Below are positions 9,127-19,499 of a DNA stretch of 64,000 nt, one piece after another (position 1 is the first letter of the stretch; each line of letters opens with the position of its first letter). Origin of the DNA: an uncultured Gammaproteobacteria bacterium (GTDB lineage Bacteria; Patescibacteriota; Microgenomatia; 2-02-FULL-39-11); assembly GCA_964520615.1 (NCBI GenBank), contig CAZFNL010000137.1, forward strand, positions 7,140 through 71,139, read 5' to 3'. The notes beneath the pieces are model-generated. The model did no database searches, was not told the origin of the DNA, and worked only from the letters and a program-made list of their open reading frames with translations. The position numbers and the translations under genes are program-made.

Positions 9127-10149
9127 TTAGTAACCCTTTAATATTTTTCTAGTTAATTCTACTGCATATGTCGCACAATAAAGTGGAGAAAGGGGAATAT
9201 CCTTTGCGTGGATATACTCCTGTATCCTTCCGCCAAATCCTTTCTTAAAAAGCGTCAGACCTTTCCATGGGTGACGGTCATTATTTTCAGGCGCTATTCC
9301 CCAGAAATTATATTGTTTCATACCCCTCCTCCTTGCTTCCCTAATTGCCTCCCACTGTAATAGATAATTGACTGGTATTTTGGAATCTAGTGAAGCACTA
9401 TGATGGTATATAGCCTGATGATTATAGAAAACAATAAGTGCGACCGCTAAAAGTTTATTGTTGTATAAACCTTTGAATAAAAGAATTTTATCCTCCTTTA
9501 ACATTTCACAAAATTCCTCCTCTATCCCCTGATGAGGAATAAAACGCTGTCGATGTGCTGTTTTTTTATAAATTTCCATAAAGAATTTCATATCTGACTG
9601 ATTTCTGCTTTTTTCTATCCTAATACCCATTTTTTCGCCTTGTTTAATAAGATAGCGGGTAGTCTTTCGCATACCAGATAAAAGAGACATTTCATCCTTA
9701 TCTATATCCAACACCCAGCAAATTTCTCCATCCATACGGTGTATTGGAGCATCAATAAACCCCTGTGATCTCAAAAGTGCCTGATTTTCTTTTGAATTCT
9801 CGATTAGAGGACTGATACGAATAAATTTTACTCCTTTACCAATTGGAGACGATTTCAAATAATCTAAGAGTGACTTGATATTTCCAGAATTCCACAAGCT
9901 CAGGATAGGTCCATGTCTTATATGAAGAAAAGTGCCTCTTTTAGCTCTTACTTTTTCAATTTGCGCTATGCCAATAAGATTGTTTTTTTCGTAAATACCA
10001 ATCCGAGTAAAATCCTGAGTCGCCAAACCATGTTTCTTCAATTTTTTCCTTATTTCACCCCAAATCCAGGCCTGAAATAGGCTTTGTGGTGCAGCTTTAG
10101 CTAGAAAATCTTCCCAGGTTCTTTTATTTTCCAAAGTTTTTATTTCCAT
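9127..10149 (-). CDS. FemAB/FemX-family aminoacyl-tRNA-dependent peptidyltransferase
   Basis: LFQAWIWGE, IRHGP, MRKTTRYLIKQG, YLLQWEAIREA, YNFWGI, GLTLFKKGFGG. Confidence 0.92.
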   Translation of the reverse strand: MEIKTLENKRTWEDFLAKAAPQSLFQAWIWGEIRKKLKKHGLATQDFTRIGIYEKNNLIGIAQIEKVRAKRGTFLHIRHGPILSLWNSGNIKSLLDYLKSSPIGKGVKFIRISPLIENSKENQALLRSQGFIDAPIHRMDGEICWVLDIDKDEMSLLSGMRKTTRYLIKQGEKMGIRIEKSRNQSDMKFFMEIYKKTAHRQRFIPHQGIEEEFCEMLKEDKILLFKGLYNNKLLAVALIVFYNHQAIYHHSASLDSKIPVNYLLQWEAIREARRRGMKQYNFWGIAPENNDRHPWKGLTLFKKGFGGRIQEYIHAKDIPLSPLYCATYAVELTRKILKGY

Positions 10150-11401
10150 ATTGTTTTATAAGTTCTATTACTTTTTCAGCTTGCTTTATGCTCATAGCCT
10201 GATAGGTTGGCAAATTTACAGATTCTCTTGCGGCTAACTTTGCCTTAATATAATTGCCTTCTCTAAATCCTATCGCTTCCATACTTACACCATATGGATC
10301 AATTATACGATGATACCAATTTCCCAAAAGTATTCCTTCCCTTTTTGCATAAGTGAGTAAATCTGTAGCATTTTTTATAAAAATATTAAATCTCAAATAA
10401 ATAGCTCCAGGAGTTTCTTGTGGCAAAGTCAAACCTTTTACTTCCTTTAAGCTGGAAAAATAATAACGTGCAATTTCCTTCCTATGATTATTGAATTTCT
10501 CAAGCTTAGGTAACTGTATCAAAAGTAGCCTTGCTAAGGCATTTGGATATTTTGCAGGAAAAACTGAAGGTTTTTCCGCCTTCTTCTCGCAAGAATATAC
10601 GGGAAATGATAACAGATGCAGCCTCTGAAAAAAGTATAACAATATCTTTCCAATATAAATATTATAAAAGGGCAAAACAATAAAGAAAACTAAGGGATGG
10701 AGCAGTTGCTGGAAAATCCAGAAAATAGAAGGACTTGGAAGTTTCAGTTGATAGTGTTTTAGTTTACTGGAATCTATCTTAGAATGTTTATTTATAATTG
10801 CCATTCCACCAAATACTGATGATATCACTTTATCTCTTCCGAAACTAAAAAAAGCTGCGTCACCAAAAGTTCCCACTTCCCTATTTCCTACCTTTGCTCC
10901 CAAACTATGCGCACAGTCTTCTATAAGTATAAGTTCATGTTTTTGAGCAATTTTTTTGGTCTTTTCAATATTAGCAGGAATTCCAAAAGTATGTTGAACA
11001 ATTATTGCCCTCGTTTTAGAAGTTATGTACTGTTCTAGCAGATGAGGATCGATATTAAGACTATCATCAATATCAACATAGACAGGTTTTGCACCTGACC
11101 ATACAACCGGATCCGGTACAGCCACGCAAGTAAACGCCTGAATTATCACTTCATCACCCGGTCCTATACCTGCAGCCGACAGAATTGCCAAAAGAGCCGA
11201 CCGACCGCTATTAAACGATACAGAAACTTTTGCCCGAAAACGTCGATTAAACCAATTCTCCACTTTCTCAACAGCGCTTCCATGCTTCCAACTCAAAGGG
11301 GAGGAAATTATTTTTATTGCCGCCAGAACATCATCAATTCCTGTATTTGGAGACAATGAAATGGCGATCGGCCTTATCATAAATTTTATCCAGGAAATCA
11401 A
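10124..11401 (-). CDS. DegT/DnrJ/EryC1/StrS-family PLP-dependent aminotransferase-like protein with hydrophobic insert
   Basis: FNSGRSAL, QAFTCVAV, QHTFG, IEDCAHSLG, FSFGRDK (PLP lysine). Alternative start at 11380. Confidence 0.85.
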   Translation of the reverse strand: MISWIKFMIRPIAISLSPNTGIDDVLAAIKIISSPLSWKHGSAVEKVENWFNRRFRAKVSVSFNSGRSALLAILSAAGIGPGDEVIIQAFTCVAVPDPVVWSGAKPVYVDIDDSLNIDPHLLEQYITSKTRAIIVQHTFGIPANIEKTKKIAQKHELILIEDCAHSLGAKVGNREVGTFGDAAFFSFGRDKVISSVFGGMAIINKHSKIDSSKLKHYQLKLPSPSIFWIFQQLLHPLVFFIVLPFYNIYIGKILLYFFQRLHLLSFPVYSCEKKAEKPSVFPAKYPNALARLLLIQLPKLEKFNNHRKEIARYYFSSLKEVKGLTLPQETPGAIYLRFNIFIKNATDLLTYAKREGILLGNWYHRIIDPYGVSMEAIGFREGNYIKAKLAARESVNLPTYQAMSIKQAEKVIELIKQYGNKNFGK

Positions 11402-13035
11402 AATAATTCCAACGCTTTTGTCGCTTCTTTTCCCTCAAAAACTGCTATTCCTTCCGGATCGTAATTCTTCTTCAAAATATTGACTATATTGGTTGGATCT
11501 GCCTCAACTTTAATTTCTAATTTTTTTTCCTCGGTTTCCTTTACTCCATCATTTATATCTGAATAAAAATTATTATTTGTCAAAATTATTTTATCGCATA
11601 TCTTTCCTGCTTTTCTACCTAATTCGTTGTGAATTCTCCTTGATTCTTTTCCCAATTCAATTAAGGGCGTCAGTACTAATATTTTTTTACCTTTATATAT
11701 TTTCATATAATCCAATGCAGCGGTTACTCCGTCCGGATTAGCATTAAATGTATCATCAATTACTGCCATTTTTTTCTCTTTAGAGATTATTTTCATTGTT
11801 TTATCAGCACTTTTGATACTTGTTATCAAATCGACAATTCGATCAAACGAAAGACCCAAATACATTGATGCTCCTGAGGCTAATAATAAATTTGGTATAT
11901 TTTGAACACCAGAAAGACTTGTACGAACAGTCCTGGTTTTATTCTTGCATTCCATGTCAAACGACAAAACATGAGGCTGCACCAGTTGATTAGTAGCCAA
12001 AATAGTTTCCCTCCCATTTTTTCTTAATTCTTGTACTTTGCTTTTATCTGTACTGCAAAAAATCATTTTCAAATCAGGTCTTCTTTTTTTCGTCCACTCT
12101 ACCATCTGCCTGACTAATTTATTATCATAATTGAAAATAATTACTCCTCCTTTTTGGATACTCAATACAAGTTCAAATTTGGCTTTCATAATATTTTCCA
12201 GACTACCAAATAGTTCCAAATGCTGGATGTTTACTCCCGTTATAATACCCACTTTTGGTTTAACAATTTTGCAAATGGCTGCTATTTCTCCTTTCTTGTA
12301 GGCTCCCATTTCAACAATAAAAAAGTCGTTATTGCTTTTTAAGTTTCTTATTACTGTTTTGGCTATTCCGATTTCAGTATTTTGAGAACCAATAGTCTTT
12401 AGCACTTTAAAGTCTTTTTCCAGTAATTGATAAAGAAACTCCTTAGTAGAGGTTTTACCAAAGCTTCCGGTAATCCCAATTGTGGTAAGTCTAGGGTTTG
12501 ACTTAATTTTTCTTTTAGCAATAACAATCGTAATCAACTTGTATACTCTTGAAGGAATGGCGGTTGCTGCAATGGAAAAAAGTATTATAAGTGGCAATAA
12601 ACGGTCAAAAAGTTGAACTTTTATAATCATATTCGCTTTGGTCAGAATAAATAAAAACAGCAATATTTGTGAAGTAAGAATAATTACAACAATTGATCTC
12701 AGAGTCAATTTAGGTATGACAAATGCATGAGTGCCCCGTCTTACAAAAACAGAAGACTCCATAATATAAATAATTAGTACTATAAATATCCAAAATGGAA
12801 CTCCTGTTGTCCCCAGTAAAACTAAGGATAAAACAAAAACTATCCACTTAATAAAAACAAGAGGATTAAATATGATATTTCGTCCCGCAAGAGTATTATG
12901 AATATGGGCGTACAACCTATCCCAACGATACTCCTTCAACTGCAAAAGATAAATCTCGTATAGAGAAACTCTGACGATATGCAAAAAGAATAATATGTAC
13001 ACTAAGGGAGTAGCAAATACAAATATTGTATTCAT
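11398..13035 (-). CDS. murF: MurF-family Mur ligase with N-terminal multi-TM domain
   Basis: GITGSFGKTSTKE P-loop, NTEIG, VEMGAY, QHLELFGS, IDDTFNANP; about 165 hydrophobic N-terminal residues. Confidence 0.85.
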   Translation of the reverse strand: MNTIFVFATPLVYILFFLHIVRVSLYEIYLLQLKEYRWDRLYAHIHNTLAGRNIIFNPLVFIKWIVFVLSLVLLGTTGVPFWIFIVLIIYIMESSVFVRRGTHAFVIPKLTLRSIVVIILTSQILLFLFILTKANMIIKVQLFDRLLPLIILFSIAATAIPSRVYKLITIVIAKRKIKSNPRLTTIGITGSFGKTSTKEFLYQLLEKDFKVLKTIGSQNTEIGIAKTVIRNLKSNNDFFIVEMGAYKKGEIAAICKIVKPKVGIITGVNIQHLELFGSLENIMKAKFELVLSIQKGGVIIFNYDNKLVRQMVEWTKKRRPDLKMIFCSTDKSKVQELRKNGRETILATNQLVQPHVLSFDMECKNKTRTVRTSLSGVQNIPNLLLASGASMYLGLSFDRIVDLITSIKSADKTMKIISKEKKMAVIDDTFNANPDGVTAALDYMKIYKGKKILVLTPLIELGKESRRIHNELGRKAGKICDKIILTNNNFYSDINDGVKETEEKKLEIKVEADPTNIVNILKKNYDPEGIAVFEGKEATKALELF

Positions 13036-13751
13036 TTGATGTAGCTCGGTAACTTATCCAGAAAATCATTTGGAGATTCGTATGGTAACTTGTGAGAGGC
13101 ATTTTTTACAACCACCAGCTTACTTGTGCTTATTGTTTTATTCATTTGCACTGCAACTGACAACGGGACAATTGCATCTCTTCCTCCCCAAACTAATATT
13201 GTAGGAATTTTCAAATTTTTCATTGGTAAAAGCAAATCCTCTCTTATAACTGACTTGAACGTATCTCTCATGTAACCGTCTGTATGCATATAATCCGAAG
13301 CTCCTGCCATTCTATATAATAACTTGCGCACAATTGACTGGATTTTACGTAATACGGGCATACTAAACACTACTCCACCAATCTTGCTTATAATATAGAA
13401 AAAATAAACTTTATACCTGTTTACTGGTATAAAACCGGGAACTCCGGTTAGAATAAGGTATGAAGCATATTTGGGGTATTTAGCACAATATTTCAGCGCA
13501 ACCCTTCCCCCAAAGGAATGCCCAATTATAATCGGATTCTTGATTTTATGCTGTCTTATATATAGAGAAAGAAAGCTTACGTAATCATCTAGTTGATAAG
13601 ACCTATTGACTTTACTATTCTTCCCAAATCCGGGTAAATCCGGAACATAAACCTTATTATTTTTTGCTTCAAGAAATTTAACTAACAAACCATATTTGCT
13701 GGAATATAATCTCCATCCGTGTAAAATAATTATTTCTTTGTTTTTTATCAT
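13032..13751 (-). CDS. Alpha/beta-fold hydrolase
   Basis: LHGW, DLPGFG, GHSFGG nucleophile, GRDAIV Asp and ASHKLP His. Confidence 0.92.
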   Translation of the reverse strand: MIKNKEIIILHGWRLYSSKYGLLVKFLEAKNNKVYVPDLPGFGKNSKVNRSYQLDDYVSFLSLYIRQHKIKNPIIIGHSFGGRVALKYCAKYPKYASYLILTGVPGFIPVNRYKVYFFYIISKIGGVVFSMPVLRKIQSIVRKLLYRMAGASDYMHTDGYMRDTFKSVIREDLLLPMKNLKIPTILVWGGRDAIVPLSVAVQMNKTISTSKLVVVKNASHKLPYESPNDFLDKLPSYIK

Positions 13752-13803
13752 GTAACGAGATTGAATTTTTAGACTTTTAGAATTGCTTTTTGGGAAAAGG
13801 CAA

Positions 13804-15582
13804 TTATTTGACTGTTACAGACTTTGCCAGATTTCTAGGCTTATCAGGGTCAAGACCGCGTTTTATAGAAAGATAATATCCAAGGAGCTGTCCGACTATC
13901 ACTAGAGGAATAATTGAAGATAAACCACAATCCCTTACAGGTAAGTAATAATCAAAAACCTCATGCGGTTTATAGGATATGCCTATTATGTAACCGCCAC
14001 GGGCTTTCATCTCCATTGCTCCTGCTAGATTAGCGCCATAAGTTTCATCGTTAGGCAAAAACGCTATGCAAGGTATTCCATTTTCAATAAGCGCTATTAC
14101 TCCATGTTTTAATTCACCCGCAGCAAAGCCTTCAGCATGAATATATGAAGCTTCCTTTATTTTAAGTGCTGTTTCAAGAGCGATTGGATAAGAAAGGCCT
14201 CTCCCGATAACATAAATATCTCTGAATTTATAGATAATATCGACTAATTTTTTTATATTAATCAAATAAGCATCGCTTAATATCTCCTCAAGAGATATTA
14301 TCACTTTATCTAATTCTTTTTTTGCCTTATTTTTGTTTCCTGCAATGACGCTTGCCAATAAAATTAGATATGTTAATTTTGCGCTGAATGCTTTAGTGGA
14401 AACGACGGCCTTTTCAACACCAGCTCCTAATAATAGTTTATAGTCAGATAACCTGTACAATGTCGAGCCTAAAACATTTACTAATGCCCCAATTTTTACT
14501 CCGTGGGATTTTGCTTTCTTTACAGCGTCTATAACATCAATTGTCTCACCGGATTGTGATAATGCAATTACAAAACTTTTTGGAGTAAGAAAATCAGCAC
14601 TATAACCGAATTCACTGGCAGCAGCCCAATTAATATGTTTTTTTGCAATTTTAGAAAATATGTAGTTACCTGCAAGACAAGCATATGACGCGGTTCCTGA
14701 CCCGATTAGATACGTTCCATAAGACTTTTTAATCAGTTCTGAAAATTGCTCTATCTGCTTTTCGTTATTATCAACGATATCTTCAATGACTTTTGGTTGT
14801 TCAAATATTTCCTTAAGCATGTAGTAAGGAAATTTACCCTTATCGGCTATATTAATATCCCAACTCACTTTATTAAATTTCGCTTCCTTTTGAGAACCGT
14901 CTTTAGTACTATAAACAGAGATATTTTTGGAAGATACCGATATTATTTCTCCATCTTCAATAAAATAAATCCTATTCGTATGCGGTAAAATAGCGTGAGC
15001 ATCCGAAGCAAGAAAGTTTTCATCTTTCCCCTTACCTATTACTAGAGGGGAACCACTTTTCGCCGCCACAAATGTTTGTGTTAAACTATCCATAACTATA
15101 ATCGCATTAAGACCCTCAGACCTATTAAATGCTTGTCTTACGGCTTCCAATAAACCCATTTTCTTATAATTTTCTTCAATCATGTGGATAGCTACTTCCG
15201 TATCTGTTTCTGAAATTAATTTATGTCCTGATTTTATTATTTCCTTTTTCAGCTCATCATAATTTTCGATAATTCCGTTATGAATTATTGCTAGTTTCCC
15301 GCTACAGTCTAAGTGAGGATGCGCATTTATATCTGAAACTCCTCCATGCGTAGCCCATCGAGTATGTCCAAGCGCCATTCCACTCTCTGGCAAATCCGAA
15401 ACTGTCGCATTACCAATCTTTCCAACTTTCTTTTTAATCGCTATCTGATTTCCACTGATCCGCCGGTCTATGGTGGCAACTCCCCACGAATCATAGCCAC
15501 GGTATTCTAATGCTTTTAAACCATTCAAAACTATGTCCTTAGCATCATTTCTTATACCGATATACCCGAATATTCCACACAT
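13804..15582 (-). CDS. glmS: Glutamine-fructose-6-phosphate aminotransferase
   Basis: MCGIFG, LEYRGYDS, GHTRWATHG, SQSGET, ELKHG, DKPRNLAKSVTV. Confidence 0.99.
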   Translation of the reverse strand: MCGIFGYIGIRNDAKDIVLNGLKALEYRGYDSWGVATIDRRISGNQIAIKKKVGKIGNATVSDLPESGMALGHTRWATHGGVSDINAHPHLDCSGKLAIIHNGIIENYDELKKEIIKSGHKLISETDTEVAIHMIEENYKKMGLLEAVRQAFNRSEGLNAIIVMDSLTQTFVAAKSGSPLVIGKGKDENFLASDAHAILPHTNRIYFIEDGEIISVSSKNISVYSTKDGSQKEAKFNKVSWDINIADKGKFPYYMLKEIFEQPKVIEDIVDNNEKQIEQFSELIKKSYGTYLIGSGTASYACLAGNYIFSKIAKKHINWAAASEFGYSADFLTPKSFVIALSQSGETIDVIDAVKKAKSHGVKIGALVNVLGSTLYRLSDYKLLLGAGVEKAVVSTKAFSAKLTYLILLASVIAGNKNKAKKELDKVIISLEEILSDAYLINIKKLVDIIYKFRDIYVIGRGLSYPIALETALKIKEASYIHAEGFAAGELKHGVIALIENGIPCIAFLPNDETYGANLAGAMEMKARGGYIIGISYKPHEVFDYYLPVRDCGLSSIIPLVIVGQLLGYYLSIKRGLDPDKPRNLAKSVTVK

Positions 15583-15697
15583 ATAAAAATATATAACTCC
15601 GGAATCAAAATCCGTAGCTATATCTTAAGGAAAATATAATAATTACATAATAGTCGGTTAACATCCATATATTCCACCGAGGATTAAGACAGCTAAT

Positions 15698-17029
15698 TTA
15701 TGAGAATTTTAGACTGTTGCGTTCTCGTTTACGAGTTGAGTTAACAGTCTTCTGCAAATTATCTCTTATTACATACTCCTGTTTCGAAAGCAAACAATAT
15801 TTTCTATCCTCCAGATCTTTATCTAATACCACTCCTGCACCTATCAAACTGTCTTTTCCTACTTTTACTCCAGGCATAATCGAGGAGTTTACTCCGATTC
15901 TGACATTATCTCCTATAACTGCACCAAGTTTCACTTTACCCGTCTGAATTTTCTCATTTCTGACTTTAGAATTTATAATACCTTCATCGAGACGGAAATT
16001 GGCCAACACAGTACCAGATCCCATACTGACATTATCGGAAATGACACTATCTCCCACATAATTTGTATGAAACCAACAATTATTACCTATATGGCTTCGG
16101 GCTATTTCACTCCCGTTGCCAACTACACAACTTTCTCCAATCTCCGACTCTCTTACCAAAACGTTGTTACCAATAACTGTCCCTTTTCCGATATAAGCAG
16201 GACCAATTATCTTAGCATTCTCTAGAATTCGAACATTACTGTCTAAATAGACTTTTCCGGTGATTATGGCTGATTCTGATATTTGTACGTTATTAGAAGT
16301 TTTATTTTCAAGTTGATTTAAGAAATAGGCAGATAGATTCAATACGTGCCATGGATACTTTAAATAGCCCCAAAAACCGTTGTAGTGAAGAAATTTTAGT
16401 CTTAAGCCGTCTTTAACCATACCGTCAATTGCCTGTTCATAAACATCATCATAGTCTTTCTTAATTTTCTCTATTTTCTGAATTAAAAGAGTGCTATCCT
16501 TAAAATAGTCAAAAACAAATGTAACAATATTGCTGGGAAGTTTTTTGGGTGACGGCTTTTCCCTAAGACCTTTTACTTCATCTTTTAATATTTCCAAATA
16601 TCCTCCAGGAAAGTATGTTTCCATCGTGATACCAGAAATTATTCCATCTGCCTGATATTCACTTTTTGCCATCTTTTGAAATTTTGAAAACAATATATCT
16701 TCATACACATCTGATGGGCCAACTACAAGTATTGGTTTACCCGCAACAATGTCTTTCACAGATAACATCGCTCCTGCCATACCTTTCATATTTATCTGGT
16801 CAACAAATGTCACATCAATTGATGAAAATACACTTATCCATTTTTCTATAGTATGCCTGTTATCTTTATTGGTAATTATTATAAATTTCTTAAATCCCCA
16901 CCTGTTAAGTTTGGCAATTGTATGATAAATCAATGGCTTTCCTACAAAAGGAATTAGGTTTTTATCTCCCAGAGGCCATAATCTGGATGAATCTCCACCT
17001 GCAAGTAAAATGACATTAATATTTTCCAT
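15698..17029 (-). CDS. glmU: Bifunctional sugar-1-P nucleotidyltransferase/acetyltransferase (archaeal-type GlmU-like)
   Basis: LLAGGDSSRLWPL NTP-transferase domain, YPWHVL, hexapeptide LbH (YVGDSVI, ANFRLD, KLGAVIGD); adjacent to glmS. Confidence 0.85.
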   Translation of the reverse strand: MENINVILLAGGDSSRLWPLGDKNLIPFVGKPLIYHTIAKLNRWGFKKFIIITNKDNRHTIEKWISVFSSIDVTFVDQINMKGMAGAMLSVKDIVAGKPILVVGPSDVYEDILFSKFQKMAKSEYQADGIISGITMETYFPGGYLEILKDEVKGLREKPSPKKLPSNIVTFVFDYFKDSTLLIQKIEKIKKDYDDVYEQAIDGMVKDGLRLKFLHYNGFWGYLKYPWHVLNLSAYFLNQLENKTSNNVQISESAIITGKVYLDSNVRILENAKIIGPAYIGKGTVIGNNVLVRESEIGESCVVGNGSEIARSHIGNNCWFHTNYVGDSVISDNVSMGSGTVLANFRLDEGIINSKVRNEKIQTGKVKLGAVIGDNVRIGVNSSIMPGVKVGKDSLIGAGVVLDKDLEDRKYCLLSKQEYVIRDNLQKTVNSTRKRERNSLKFS

Positions 17030-17052
17030 AAATGGATTTTTAATTTTTAATA

Positions 17053-18375
17053 TCAATCTTTTACCCTTACTATATCTGCACCCAGTTTTTTTAATTTCTG
17101 CTCTATTCTTTCGTAACCACGATCTATATGCTCAATACCCTCAACAACACTTTCCCCTTGTGCGATTATTGAGCTAATCAGAAGTGATGCTCCAGCACGT
17201 AAATCCGTAACCTCCAAAAGCGCGTTATGCAGTTTCTGCGGTCCAAATATACGTACAGCATGGCAACTTCCCTTTTTCCGATCACTCCAGTTGAAATTAT
17301 AAGTATTTAGAGGATTTTTAACGTTAGGACTAAAAAGTTCAATTTTTGCTCCCATTTTTTGCAACTGTTCCACATAACCAAACCTATCCTCATATATAGT
17401 CTCATGTACTTGAGAAATTCCATTTGCTTGAGTCATAAGAATCACCCACGGTGCTTGCCAATCAGTCATAAATCCTGGATATACATCTGTCTGTACATTT
17501 GTTGGTAACAATCTTTTAGTAAAATAGAACCTGGTCTTATTACTTGAAATAGGTTCCCATCCGGCCCCAGTATCATCTAGCTTCTGCAAGAAACTCTTCA
17601 AATACTCGCGCTGGGTTCCCCCAACAATAACATCTCCTCCTGAAGCGATTGTTGCCAATGCAAACGTTACCACCTCATTTCTGTCTGGCATAATTTCAAA
17701 TTCAGCACCGGAAAGACATTTCACTCCTGAAATTATAATTGTTCTTTTCTGGCGCCTAATTCTTGCACCCATCAGATTTAACAATTTTATAAGATCATCT
17801 ATCTCTGGTTCTTGAGCTGCATTTTCTAGCACTGTCTCCCCATCTGCCAATACGGCTGCTAAAATAAGAGTTTCGGTGCCGGTATGAGTATTCTGTCTAA
17901 AAGTATAGTTGGTACCGTGCAATCCATCAGTTCGTGCGTAAAAATAGCCATCCTCATACGTTATAATTGCTCCCATTGATTTAAGACCCTCTATATGTCT
18001 GTCAATTGGTCTTCTACCAATTCTGCACCCTCCAGGATTTGGAACACGTGCTTTTCCAAACCTTGCGAGAAGTGGCCCAATTACCATAGTGGCGGTCCTA
18101 AATAGCCCACCTAATTCAAAAGGAACTGTATACGACTTTATCCCATCACCCCTTATAGTCATCGTATGATTTTCATTAACGTCCGCTTTTACTCCTAAAG
18201 GTTTAACAATATCTATCGTACCCAACACTGAAGATATATTTGGGATATTACGAACAACAATTGTTTTATCTGTAAGAAGTCCTGCCAAAACGATCTTCAT
18301 CGCAACATTCTTTGCACCGCTTACAGTAACTTCCCCTTTTAATTTGTGGCCACCTTTTATCAGAAATCTTTCCAT
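17053..18375 (-). CDS. murA: UDP-GlcNAc enolpyruvyl transferase MurA
   Basis: SGAKN, PGGCRIGRRPIDRH, YPGFMTD, DLRAGA, HIDRGYE. Confidence 0.98.
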   Translation of the reverse strand: MERFLIKGGHKLKGEVTVSGAKNVAMKIVLAGLLTDKTIVVRNIPNISSVLGTIDIVKPLGVKADVNENHTMTIRGDGIKSYTVPFELGGLFRTATMVIGPLLARFGKARVPNPGGCRIGRRPIDRHIEGLKSMGAIITYEDGYFYARTDGLHGTNYTFRQNTHTGTETLILAAVLADGETVLENAAQEPEIDDLIKLLNLMGARIRRQKRTIIISGVKCLSGAEFEIMPDRNEVVTFALATIASGGDVIVGGTQREYLKSFLQKLDDTGAGWEPISSNKTRFYFTKRLLPTNVQTDVYPGFMTDWQAPWVILMTQANGISQVHETIYEDRFGYVEQLQKMGAKIELFSPNVKNPLNTYNFNWSDRKKGSCHAVRIFGPQKLHNALLEVTDLRAGASLLISSIIAQGESVVEGIEHIDRGYERIEQKLKKLGADIVRVKD

Positions 18376-18416
18376 CTCTTTTTGAAATAGATTAAATATA
18401 CATGTATATCTGACGC

Positions 18417-19418
18417 TTAAAATTCGCCCACAAGGACTATTTCTTCTTTCAACTCTACTCCAAACGCATCTTTCACTCTTTTTTTTGCGGTATTTATCAA
18501 TTCTAACACATCTGACGCCTTTGCTCCGCCCGAATGGATAATAAAATTAGAATGATGATCGGAAAATCTTAATGGACCTTTGGAAAAACCTTTGAGTCCT
18601 GCTCTTTCAATAAGATATCCGGCGGAAACCGTCAAATTAGGCGTAGACAATCTTATTGCGTCACTCTTTTGTATATTGCGGAAGGTGCATCCCGAAGAAA
18701 AAACACCATGAGGCTGAGTGGTATTTCGATAATTTATAACCTCTGTCGCTTCCTGCCAAAGTTCTTCCCTATCACCGACGATAAGCTCTAAAACCACAGA
18801 AAGAACGATCTCACGGGTTTTCTGCAAAATAGAATAATCATATCCAAACTTAAAATACTCACCCGCAACTTCTTTTTGTTTGCCTTTTTTATCTATTAAT
18901 TTTGCTCCAACCAATCGTTCTCCGAAAAATTTACCTTTTTTCATATTATGAGCGTTAATATAAACTGCGCCTCCTACAGTACCCGGCTGTCCCAAAAAAT
19001 ATTGTAAACCAGAAAGTCCCTGATCCAGGGAATATCTCACTAATCTATTCAGACTAACTCCACTATCAACCTCAATATAAACAGTATGTACTCCGGTTCT
19101 TATCTTCCGACCCACAGGCTTTTCTTTTCCTCCTTTAGCCCCAACGAATTTTATTCTCTTCGTTTCGTTTTTAATAACCAGTCCCCTAAAACCCTTATCG
19201 GATATAAGAAGATTTGAACCTCCTCCTATCACAAAAAAAGGGGTATCAAATTGGGCAGCAAGATATATGGCATTAAGTAAATCCTGTGAGTCTTGGGCGC
19301 GAAAGAATAAATCTGCAGTTCCACCAATACGAAAGGTAGAATATTTATAAAGCGGTTCTGCTTCTAAAACTCTTGCTTCACCTAATGCTTTTTTTAATTC
19401 AGGATAAATAGCTTTCAT
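18417..19418 (-). CDS. murB: UDP-N-acetylenolpyruvoylglucosamine reductase MurB
   Basis: TFRIGG, GGGSNLL, PGTVGGAV, SSGCTFRN, HSNFII, LKEEI. Confidence 0.97.
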   Translation of the reverse strand: MKAIYPELKKALGEARVLEAEPLYKYSTFRIGGTADLFFRAQDSQDLLNAIYLAAQFDTPFFVIGGGSNLLISDKGFRGLVIKNETKRIKFVGAKGGKEKPVGRKIRTGVHTVYIEVDSGVSLNRLVRYSLDQGLSGLQYFLGQPGTVGGAVYINAHNMKKGKFFGERLVGAKLIDKKGKQKEVAGEYFKFGYDYSILQKTREIVLSVVLELIVGDREELWQEATEVINYRNTTQPHGVFSSGCTFRNIQKSDAIRLSTPNLTVSAGYLIERAGLKGFSKGPLRFSDHHSNFIIHSGGAKASDVLELINTAKKRVKDAFGVELKEEIVLVGEF

Positions 19419-19499
19419 TATGAATAATTTTGCCTTCAGTAACGATAATTTTATGTTTTTTGGTATAAAAGTACAAAAATATTCGTTTATCGAATGGAT

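Noticed and set aside
15583-15697. glmS ribozyme upstream of glmS
   Set aside because: The spacer is AT-rich and lacks the AGCGCC/GACGAGG core; at most there is a decayed hairpin at ~15597-15620.
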